This document shows positions 1-10,825 of a stretch of DNA of 64,000 nt, piece after piece (position 1 is the stretch's first letter; each line of letters opens with the position of its first letter). The translations under genes were made by a program, and so were the position numbers. Under the pieces are notes generated by a model. The model saw nothing but the letters and a program-made list of their open reading frames with translations, ran no database searches and was not told where the DNA came from. This stretch comes from Octopus sinensis (Eukaryota). The DNA is taken from NCBI RefSeq assembly GCF_006345805.1, contig NC_043002.1, positions 42,904,001 to 42,968,000 on the forward strand, written 5' to 3'.

Positions 1-193
1 TGATCATATCAGCACCAACCACTCCAGTACTGTTTCAATCTGTACTTACTTCACCAATCTTTATTCATTAATCGTTAAGTTTTTACTTTTGGAGGAGTGA
101 AGAAACAAAACTCAACACACATATCTACATCAGTAAGCAAACAATTACACAATTTTATACACTTAAATACAAACACACAAACATACATACATA

Positions 194-407
194 CAAGGGG
201 GTGCATAAAGCTCCTGGTTTTAAGTATGTTACAAAAGGCCTCATTGGAAGTCCAGCCTTCAAAGTTCTTTTATAGGGTGTAGAAAAACTGATGGACCACT
301 GCAATAAATGTGAATCTGAGACAAGAATATGTTAAATAAAATCATAATTAACTGATCCTCCTGTATTTTCTTTTGCCCAAAACCAGAAACTTTTCAGCAT
401 CCACTTA
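194..407 (+). mobile_element. Non-autonomous mariner-derived MITE (degenerate copy)
   Basis: Reverse-complement match to 37536-37762. Ends CAAGGGGGTGCATAAAGCTCCTGG / CCAGAAACTTTTCAGCATCC, with TA on the left. Confidence 0.6.
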
Positions 408-1551
408 GGTGTGTGTTTGTGTGTGTATTTATAAATCATAACCATCACACACAAGCAAGTATGACTGGATAACATGTGTTATCCCTTAGCAGATTGTTTA
501 ATATACCTAGCTACATGTGAGCACATATAGACAGCCCTTTGACCTCCTTTAACACAGTCAACCCCCCAATCTTATGATCATGACCCAAACACGATGGTTC
601 ATACCTATTTATATATCATTTAACATCCACTTTTCCTTGCTTGTTTAGGTCAGGCCAGAAGCCGATTTTTTTATGGCTGGATTCCTTTCCCATCATCAAC
701 ACTCATTTGTTTCTAACCAAGGTAAAATTCTCCCATAGCAAGACGTTTTTCATGGAAGACTAGATAAAAAAAACAACCTCAGCTGTGTGACAATGATGTT
801 CATTTACAACCATCATGTACTGTCTAGATAAGGGCACTCACTAACATATTATGCACAAACATACATCCACCAGTCTCTCTATTATACTATAACCTCTCAT
901 CTGGCACAAAGCCATTTCCTGCAATTCCACTTCCTCTCCCAGGTGAAGAGTCTTCATCTTACAAGTTACTTGGTAACTCCATTGGGATCAGTGCCACATA
1001 AAAAGTACCAGTGCTGGTACCACATAAAAAGCACCTAGTACACTCTGTAAAAAGGTTGGTGTTAGAAAAGGCATCAGGTTGTAGAAATCATACCAAAACA
1101 AACAATGGAGCCTGGTGCAGCTCTCCAACTTGCCAGCTCCTGTCAAACCATCTAACCCATGCCAGCGTAGAAGACAGACATTAAATGACGATGATGATAG
1201 TACATATACATATGACAGCTTCTTTCAGGCTCTCTCAATCAAATCCACTCACAGAAGCTTTGGTCAGCCCATGACTATAGTAGAAGACACTTGTCAAAGG
1301 TATCATGCAGTAGGGCTGAACGCAAGACTATACTGTTGGGAAGAAAGCTTCTAAACCATACAGCCACACCTGTGTTTATATGAGAGATTTCTATGTGATT
1401 TCCATCAACCACATTCACTCAAGGGTTTGGTTACTGGGAGAGCATAGAAAACACTAGCCCAAATTACTATACAATGGGACTGAACCCAAAACAACACTTT
1501 TGCAAGGCAAACTTCTCAACTATGCAGTCATGCATGCACCTACTTTTTTTT

Positions 1552-2230
1552 CTTTCTTGTTTTATTCATAAGACTGAAGGCATGCTAGGGCACCACCTTG
1601 AAGAATTTTAGTCAAACTAATCAACCCCAGTACTTATTTTCTTTTAAGTCTGCTACTTATACTATCTGGAGGCGCAATGGCCCAGTGGTTAGGGCAGCAG
1701 ACTCACAGCTGGAGGATCGCAGTTTCAATTCCCAGACCGAGCATCGTGTGTGTTTATTGAGCAAAACACCTAAAAGCTCCATGAGGCTCCGGCAAGGGGG
1801 GGGGGGGGGCAACCCCTGTTGTACTCTTTCACCACAACTTTCTCTCACTCTATTTTCCTGTTTCTTGAGTAACGCTACGATGGACTGGCGTCCCGTCCAG
1901 CTGAGGGGAACACATACGCTACAAAAACCGGGAGACCGAGCCCATGAGCCTGGCTAAGCTTGAAAAGGGTGACGTTTATCGTTTTACTTATACTATTGGT
2001 TTCTTTAGCCAAACTGCTAAGTTATGGAGATATAAACACACCAACGCCAGTTGTCAAGCAGTGGTTCGAGACATGGGCTTCTTTCAGTTTCCAACTACCA
2101 AATCCACTTAAGGCTTTGGACAGCCCAAAGCTATAGTAGAAGACATTTGCCCAAGGTGCCATGCAATGGAACAGAACCTGGAACCATATGGCTGGGAAGC
2201 AAACTTCTTACCACAACAGCCACACCAGCA
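1552..2230 (-). mobile_element. SINE family A copy, interrupted by the SINE at 1666-1984
   Basis: Reverse complement of the family A sequence at 4804-5186 on both sides of the insertion. Confidence 0.7.
1666..1984 (+). mobile_element. tRNA-derived SINE inserted into another SINE, with a 12-bp TSD
   Basis: Head GGAGGCGCAATGGCCCAGTGGTTAGGGC...GTTTCAATTCCC (A/B-box like) and a GATGGACTGGCGTCCCGTCCAG tail motif. TACTTATACTAT is duplicated at 1654-1665 and 1985-1996. Confidence 0.75.
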
Positions 2231-3451
2231 CTTTCTGTTAAATGATCTATAATTTTTCCTAAATCATAATTTTTCTAAACCATAAAAACAATTTCAATAA
2301 ATTTATAATTTTAACCTAACTGCAAATACTTGCTTATTTAACATTTGTCAAATATCAAAATATTTGACACAATCTTTTCAACAAGTGGAATTTATCAAGC
2401 AAATGGTGGTAGCGAAATATCAACATCAAAAACATTTAACTAATTTGAATAAAAAAAAAAAAGAGAAAAAAACAAGCCATTATAAAACTTGTCTGTTTAA
2501 TCAAATGACCAAAGAGAGAGAGAGAGGGAGAGAAACGTACACAAATATACAAAGATTCCAAAAATGGAACAGAAATTATTAGATATATTTAGCTCTTTTG
2601 CGCCCCATTCTCTTTTGTGTCTCTAATAAAGCTTTCTAAATTCCTGTAGAAATGAAACAATGAAACTTATGTGTGTGTGTGAGAGAGAGAGAGAGAATGA
2701 GAGAGTGAGAGAAAAGGGAAGAGGTGGAGAAGGGAGAGAGTGTGTGTGTGTGTGTTTCACCATTCTATAAATGACAGTGGTATAATTGTTTATATTAACC
2801 ATTATTATTATTATATTATTATTATTATTATTATTATAGCTGCTATTAGTGTCAGTGTTAGTTTTTGCTTTCAATCGTTTTGAAGAGAAAGAGCAAAAAA
2901 AAAAACAAAAAAAATACTGCATTTCCCTTCATGAAATAAACATGGTGAACTGGAAAACGTTTTTGTGTTTTGTTGTTTTATTTACAGTCTCAGGAGAAAC
3001 TTGGAAAATGAATAAACAAGTGAGACAGAGTGTGAGTGAATAGAGGGAGAGATAGAGAAGGAGAAAGATAAAGGGAGAGTGAGCGAAGGGAAAAGAGAGA
3101 GTACATATTGTGAATATGGGATTCAGTTGAATATTTTGCATGCATGTGAGTGTCACTCAGTTGCATATTTTGTGGATATCTGTAAATACATTTGCACACG
3201 TGCATTTGCATGTGTACAAGTGCATTAAGTGTGTGAGTGAGAGTGAGAGAGAAAGATGAATGAATTTTAGATAAAGATACAATTGTTTAAAACCTAAGTA
3301 CATGGTACCATTTTTTGACATGACCCATGATTGTCAAAATAAAAGCAAAGAAAAAAAAAAAAAACAAGAAGGCGATACAGTGAGGAATACTATTAGAGCT
3401 TTAAAATACTCACAAAACTGGAGATTACCAACAATTTCCAGTAACCCATCA

Positions 3452-4298
3452 TCATCATCATCATTTAACGTCCGCTTTCCATGCTAGCATGGGTTGGACG
3501 GTTCAACTGGGGTCTGGGGAGCCCGAAAGCTGCACCAGTCCAGTCAGATCTGGCAGTGTTTCTACAGCTGGATGCCCTTCCTAACGCCAACCACTCCGAG
3601 AGTGTAGTGGGTGATTTTATGTGCCACCGACACAGGTGCCAGACGAGGCTGGCAAACGGCCACGCTCGGATGGTGTTTTTTATGTGCCACCGACACAGGT
3701 GCCAGACGAGGCTGGCAGACGGCCACGCTCGGATGGTGTTTTTATGTGCCACCGACACAGGTGCCAGATGAGGCTGGCAAACGGCCACGATCGGATGGTG
3801 CTTGTTACGTGCCCACAGCACGGAGGCCAGTCGATGCGGTACTGGCTACGGCCACGTTCGGATGGTTTTCTTGTGTGCCACGTGCCACCGGCACTGGTAC
3901 CACAAGATACAAATTCCATTGATGTTCATCTATTTTGATTTGTTTTGATTTTCACTTGCCTCAACAGGTCTTCACAAGTGTCACAAGAAGGAAGGTATGC
4001 ACAGGTGGACTGACTACGTCCCAGGTAGGGGCCATGGGTTATGGCCTGACTAGTCTTGCCGGGTCTTCGAATGGTGTTTTTATGTGCCACCGACACAGGT
4101 GCTAGATGAGCCTGGCGAACGGCCACGATCGGATGGTGTTTGTCATGTGCCCACCGCACTGACTACAGCACTGATGGATTTCTTGTGTGCCACAGGCACT
4201 GGTACCACAAGATACAAATTCCATTGATGTTCATCTATTTTGTCTATTTTGATTTGATTTGATTTTCACTTGCCTCAACCGGTCTTCACAAGTGTCAC
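3452..4298 (-). mobile_element. Non-autonomous retroposon (family C, (ATG)n tail) with an internal 62-66 bp tandem array
   Basis: On the minus strand it ends ...GGCGTTAGGAAGGGCATCCAGC...GGACGTTAAATGATGATG. TSD AACCCATCA at 3443-3451 and 4299-4307. Repeat units start at 3618, 3681, 3743, 3806, 3872, 4081 and 4144. Confidence 0.75.
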
Positions 4299-4803
4299 AA
4301 CCCATCAAAACAATTTTATACACACAACTGTAAAAGTAACACAATGAAGGAAGGAAAAAAAAAAAAACCAAAAAAGCACAAAAATGTATAAATTTCTTTA
4401 AAATATAGATGGATGTTTATAAAAGTAGGTCCCCTTTTTTTATACAATGAAAATAAACAAAACTAATTAAGTTTGTGCACTGTGAGAAGTGAATAGCAAA
4501 CGTGATTTTTATCAACACAGACAATTAAGTGCTCATGAGATTAAGGATTTTTGAGGTTTTGAGTTTATTTCATTTGACAATTGAAATATAACTGGAAATT
4601 GGGTTATGAAGAGCAAAAAGATTTAATCCACAATTAGAGCTGACAGAATTGCTAGCATACTGAAGGTCGACTTTACTTTTCATCTTTACGAGGTTGATAA
4701 AATAAGTACCACTTGAATACTAGAATTAATGTAATTGACTGCCCACCACCCACCAACCAAAATTTCAGGATTTGTGCCTACAGAAGAAAGAATATATATG
4801 GTT

Positions 4804-5186
4804 AGGAGTGGCTGTGTGGTAAGTAGCTTGCTTACCAACCACATGGTTCCGGGTTCAGTCCAACTACGTAGCACCTTGGGCAAGTGTCTTCTACTATAGC
4901 CTCAGGCCAACCAAAGCCTTGTGAGTGGATTTGGTAGACAGAAACTGAAAGAAGCCCATCGTATATATATGTGTTTGTGTTTCTGTGTCCCTCCCCCCCA
5001 ACATCGCTTGACAACCGATGCTGGTGTGTTTACATCCTTGTAACTTAGCGGTTCGGCAATAGAGACCGATAGAATAAGTACTAGGCTTACAAAGAATAAG
5101 TCCTGGGGGCGATTTCCTTGACTAAAGGCGGTACTCCAGCATGGCCACAGTCAAATGACTGAAACAAGTAAAAGAGAGTAAAAGAG
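4804..5186 (+). mobile_element. SINE family A, full length (tRNA-like head, central TA/GT microsatellite, GAGTAAAA-type tail)
   Basis: GGAGTGGCTGTGTGGTAAG...GGTTCAGTCC head. Nearly identical to 10438-10825. Many more whole or partial copies, e.g. 6380-6993, 8925-9120, 15268-15703, 16096-16425, 24370-24570, 26245-26572, 45875-46520, 50853-51030, 52247-52530, 61497-61860, 63033-63260. Confidence 0.85.
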
Positions 5187-5430
5187 ATGTACATTCACAT
5201 AAGCATTTCAGCTTTTGCAATTTATATAAAAATTTCACTGGAATAAAAATTAACCTACAACTTTTTTTAAAGAGATTTTTGTAGATAAGCATAATGAAAT
5301 ATTTTGGTAGAATAGAACAATACTGATGTTTTCTCTGCTTGTCACAATGTATCCAAGTGTCACACTTTAAAACAACCCTGACTATGGAACAAAATTGAAG
5401 ATATAGCTAAAACCTTTTGCACAATGAAAC

Positions 5431-5920
5431 CAGTGGTTCTCAACCAGGGTCCATATAAAATTTTGTTGTTAGAATTCATGTACAACAAATTGCTTATATT
5501 TCTACAAAACATTTAAACATTTTTTTTTCACCAATTTCTAATAATATCTAGTCATAAACAGATAATAACAAGGACTATTCTGGCTGTTGGTTAGGATGCC
5601 TTTTCTAAGCACCTCATTTAGCTTGCTTAACAAAGCCATACATTTTATGTCAGGGATAGGGAGGGCGCCGATAAAGGCTTGAATATTGGACATATTTTTC
5701 AGCAATCTTCTTCCAGGATCGATAAAGTCAAGGTTGGCCTTGGCAGGACTGCAACTTAGAATATAATAAAACTAAGCAGTTTGTTCGCAAGATCATCTAC
5801 CAATTCCACTAATCCACTGCAAAGAGTTTTCAGGTATCAAATGACTATGAGGGTTCCCCTTTTCTGAGTAAAATAGGAATCAAAGGTGTCTGTAGACACA
5901 AAAATGGTTGAGAATCACTA
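5431..5920. mobile_element. hAT (Charlie-like) MITE family with CAGTGGTTCTCAACC termini
   Basis: Left CAGTGGTTCTCAACC, right GGTTGAGAATCACTA. Related degenerate copies at about 16427-16650, 19525-19780, 22885-23090 and 55115-55372. Confidence 0.6.
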
Positions 5921-7483
5921 AGAGTATTAAGCTTCTAACAACCTTAATTGTGGAATGGGATCAAACTCACAATCAAAACTTTTAACATAATGAAACAATG
6001 TTATGAAAATACATAAATTTATTCATCAAAATAGGTGAAACAGTAGAATTTCCACAAGTTTTTATTAAAATATAGCTACATTAACCCTTTTGAAACCAAC
6101 CTACCCAGGATCCAAATTAAAACCTTCCATCACAATCTCATGCTAATTTGTGTTTCAAACACCAGCATAATAAAGACAAAGTTTTATTTTGATAAACTTT
6201 TCATTAATTTTAAAATTAACTGAAATAAAAGTATATTTCAACAGAAATAATTATAACAGAAAAGCTAAATTTTTTCTTGTCCCAGTTTGTATTTTTCTTT
6301 TCTATAACAACTGGTGTCAACCCTAAATTGTATTACCATTTCAAATGTATGACATTTCATGAATGTTTTCATCTATAGGCACAGGTGAGACTGTGTGGTA
6401 AGAAGTTTGCTTCCTAACCAGTGATTATGAGTTCAGTTCTACTACGGGCAAATGTCTTCTACTAAAGCCTCAGGCTGAACCAAAGCCTTGTGAATGGGCT
6501 TGGCAGACAGAAACTGAAAGAAGCCTGTCGTGTGTGTGTGTAAATATTTTCATAAACAAATCCAAAAGGCTTTGCAAGTTACAAAGACAAAGCAACTATG
6601 GAAGACTCATAGTATAACTGTATAATATATATCATAATGATATTTATTCTCAGATTTGAAGCAACAATTCTTTAAATATAAACAAATGACTGGAAAATGA
6701 TAAGCTAACCTCAGGCTGAACTGAACTCACAAATTGATGCTTACATGGCTCCTTGCAATTCTGATTGCCCAAATGCTCACCCATCAATTATGTGTGTGTG
6801 TGTGCCCCACCAACACCTGATAGCTGGTGTTGGTGTGTTTATGTACTATAACATAACGGTTCAGCAAAAGAGACCAATAGAATAAGTACCAAGCTTAAAA
6901 AAGTAATGAGGTCAATTTGTTCAACCAAAGTTCTTCAAAGCAGTGCCCCAGTATGACTGCAGTCTAATGACTGGAACAAGTAAAAGATAAAAGAATTATG
7001 TCCACCTGATGGTGGCTAGACAGAACTGCTAGTGGCAACAGTTGCAGAATATCACAGTCAGGAAATGTGATGTAAAGAACAACCAAAAATGACGTGTGTT
7101 TGGTAATTGCTTCACCTTGGATGCAGCACTTCACGTTAATATCTATAGTAGCCATGTGCCAACCAACGCCTTGTGAGTGAAATTGGTTAAAGGAAACTGA
7201 GTGAGACCCAATTAAACACATGCAGAGTGGGAATGTTGTGTACCAGGATAAAGTGGTTTATAGTGTTGCATTCTTTTAAACCAAAAAAAATTTAGAATTT
7301 AATAAATACAGATTGATAAAATAATCAGTAGGTTGAAATTAATTCTAGAAGTGATATGACCAACAAAAACACTTAAAGGCAGTGGCCTGGAGTAACAGCA
7401 GTTGAATGGTTGAAACCCGTAAAAGAAAAAAAAAAGAATGACGTTCCATTTGTAATTCATAAAGTAAATAAATAAATACATAC

Positions 7484-7806
7484 TTGGACCATTCTTCCAA
7501 AGATGTTCTCCTTTCAAGATAACCTGACATTACAGTCTGGGGTTGTAAATGCAGTGAAGATACACTGGAAGACAGTTTATCAATTTTACACTTTGTTGTA
7601 TCGTTGAAGAGATTTTCGACAATAGGCAGAGATTTGGGGCGTTTGGCTGTTTGTACTCCTCCTTCAGTTGTTAGCAGTTTAGTGGTATGAACTGAGGATT
7701 TTGTTTCATCAGGGCTGAAAGAGCACGACTGTTGAGCATTGCACAATGATTTTTTAGCAGGTGTGAGGGTAGGTGGGATGATCTTAGTACGACTGATGTG
7801 CGCCAT
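7484..7806 (-). CDS. Coding exon (323 nt) of a multi-exon gene; N-terminal low-complexity region followed by the start of a probable PH domain
   Basis: On the minus strand, acceptor ...ttattatttcAG|ATGGCG (AG at 7808-7807) and donor TGGTCCAA|GTatgt (GT at 7483-7482, phase 2). The frame is stop-free with non-repeat composition: MAHISRTKIIPP...TVMSGYLERRTSLEEWS(K). 'MSGYLERR....W.K' resembles PH-domain beta1/beta2. Other exons were not located. Confidence 0.75.
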
Positions 7807-7810
7807 CTGA

Positions 7811-7852
<42 letters not shown>

Positions 7853-9521
7853 CATCATCAATAATAATAATAATAATAACAACAATGAAAATAATTTTAT
7901 AAAATGTTACAAGCAATAGCTCTGCTGACAAAAGAACCAACAGTAGCAGTTTCAAATAACAAAGAGTTATTGTTATAAAATCTAGCAATACAAATTCAGT
8001 AAAAATGTTATTGGTAAATAATTTGCCTCTTTTAAAAGAGAAATACCAATCCTAATAACTAGCACAATAAAAAAAAATAGAATCAGCTCATGAATTGGAT
8101 ATTGAGCAATGTATATTTAAAAAAAAAAATCATCTTACAAAATTCTCCCTGTTTCAGGTCTGACATTACATCTTAATTGAAGGGGGGAAAAAAAATTTGA
8201 AAGACAAATGAAGTTGTCATATCATCATGTTCATAGTCAACTCTCTCAAATCTTATGTGACATGAAAACTAAGAGAAGAAAACATGTGATGTAAAATAAA
8301 GGAGTTAGTCATGCATGACTTATTCAAAAATAGGGTTCAAAATGGAGTTTGTCGGTCAGTTTAGGAAAATTATAAACTACTTGCAAAACAGAAAAAAAGG
8401 AGAAAATGTGAAAAAAAAAAAAAAAATTACAAAAGGTTATATAAAAGGATAAACTGAAAGGAAGCTTTTAAAATTATCTTCTTTTCTTAATGCAAAAAAA
8501 AAAATTTTTATAAAGGATTTTTGTAGAAATAATTCATATGTAATACATTCCCAATTTTTTTCAACCACGAGGAGCAACTTGGTATTTATAAAAGGAAAGC
8601 TTTATGTTACTCAGAACATATAAAACAAGAAATAACTAAAAGTCTAATAACAAACCTGGACATTTAGGACAAACTTATAAAAATGCTTTGGACAGGTAAA
8701 TGGTTAAATCTGACTTCATCACAGACTGAAACCAATGGTAAAATATGGATTGCTTTTATAGAACAGGAGATGGTTATCAAGTTATCAGCTGTTACAGATT
8801 TCATCTCTTCTGATCAAGCAGTTCATTAACTCTTTAATATTTAGACTGTTCTATCAGTCTTTATTCACAGTTTTGAATTTATCCTGCATAATCTTGTATC
8901 CTTGAGATTTTGATTATAAGACTTATTCTCTTACAGGTTTCAGCCATTTGACTGCAGCCATGCTGGAGCACCACCCTTAGTTGAACAAATCGACACCAAG
9001 ACTATCCTTTGCAAGCCTGGTACTTATTCTATTGGTCTCTTTTGCTGAATAGCTAAGTTACAAGGACATACACCAACATTGGTTGTCAAGCAATGATGGG
9101 GGGACAAACAAAGACACACACATTTTTGTGTAATTTAGGTGACAATTTATTTATTGCACCCTGCAGATATATATATATGCATTACATACATGTATTGTAA
9201 GTGTGCATGTGTACATGTGTGTGTATTCAACATGTCAAATATAAAACAGTCTTGTAAGCAAAAGATCCAGCTCTTCAAAACCTCCCACACTAATCAGTGC
9301 AATTTCAATCCTTAATTCTGACTGAACAAATGAATGCATGTATTCATAAAAGTGACTAATGTTGGCAGTGTTGTTGTAGTTGTTTTATATTTCAATACAA
9401 GGAACAAAAATAAAGATAAACTACAATAGAGTAACTCATTGGATGATTGAGATTTCATCAAGAAAAGAAAAGGTTATTAGGGGACAGAAAGGAAGGCAAC
9501 ACACACATATATTTATATTTA

Positions 9522-9565
<44 letters not shown>

Positions 9566-10437
9566 TAATATACATATATATAATGGGAAAAGAAAGTATG
9601 ACAACAGAACACTGAAGAAGAAAAAGATGTTAATTGTTGCAGACAGACTTCTTTGCAACACGTACAAAAGACATGAAATACAATTATAATTTAAGGAAGA
9701 TGAATAGAGCAAAGAGTGGAAAAGGTCCAACAATTTTCAATGCACAAAGGTACATGAAATCTGAGCAATGTCAAATTGTAGACTGGCACTTACAAACAAG
9801 AGTCAGTAGGATGGGGGAATAATTATTACTTTGAAAGAAAGGGCACAGGTTGGGAGGTGAAGGAGTGAAAGAGTGGGTTGTAGGTGATTATTGTCATCAT
9901 CACCATCATCATCATCATCCTCGTTGTTGTTATTTTCAGTCTATAGAATTGAAGCAAAGCCCATAAACTAGTATAGACAGAAGAGTTAAGAAGACTATAT
10001 GGCAAAGTTGGTCCAGTGTAGGAAGTGTTCAGCAAGTAGCTAAGTACTTTTAAATCCTTGCTTATCAATCACTTATAGCACGATAACAATGTTTTCAACA
10101 GAAAATAACGACAAACAAATTGCATAGAAAAGGAAAGAACAGAACTTTAAACTCAACACTGAAGCATAGTAATTTCTAATCTAGGTACACAACTGCTAAT
10201 TTGTGGAACAGTTATTGCAGATTATGTCACTCCCTAGTATTTAAGCAATATCTTATTCATAAATCCCAGAAAGATGAAAGACAAAATCAACCAACCTTGG
10301 GAAGATTTCAACTGAGAATTTAAATTGTCCTTACTAAATACTGGAAAACATTTTATTCAAAGCCCTATATACTTCCTGCTAGTCAAACGCTAGAATGAAA
10401 ATATATTCCTTGGTAAAATTTAGAGTTAACCAAGCAT

Positions 10438-10825
10438 AGGAGTGGCTGTGTGATAAGTAGCTTGCTTACCAACCACATGGTTCTGGGTTCAGTCCCACTG
10501 CATGGCACCTTGGGTATGTGTCTTCTACTATAGCCCCAGGCCGACCAAAGCCTTGTGAGTGGATTTGGTAGACGGAAACTGAAAGAAGCCCATCGTATAT
10601 ATGTATATATATATATATGTGTGTGTGTGTGTTTGTGTGTCTGTGTTTGCCCCCCAACATCGCTTGACAACCGATGCTGGTGTGTTTACGTCACCATAAC
10701 TTAGTGGTTCGGCAAAAGAGACTGATAGAATAAGTACTAGGCTTACAAAGAATAAGTCCTGGGGTCGATTTGCTCGACTAAAGGTGGTGCTCCAGCATGG
10801 CCACAGTCAAAGAGTAAAAGAGTAA
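10438..10825 (+). mobile_element. SINE family A, full length
   Basis: High identity to 4804-5186; central (TA)n(GT)n at 10596-10645. Confidence 0.85.

Noticed and set aside
1666-1745. tRNA genes (here and at 4804, 30833, 36040-36112)
   Set aside because: A/B-box-like heads run into SINE bodies and do not form complete cloverleafs.
3618-3900. CRISPR-like array of palindromic repeats
   Set aside because: The units are contiguous with no unique spacers, lie inside a TSD-bounded retroposon, and there are no cas genes; the context is eukaryotic.
7345-7483. Extension of the 153-aa ORF beyond the donor site
   Set aside because: The sequence after GTATGT is AT-rich intron with poly-T runs (FIYLLY/FFFLL).
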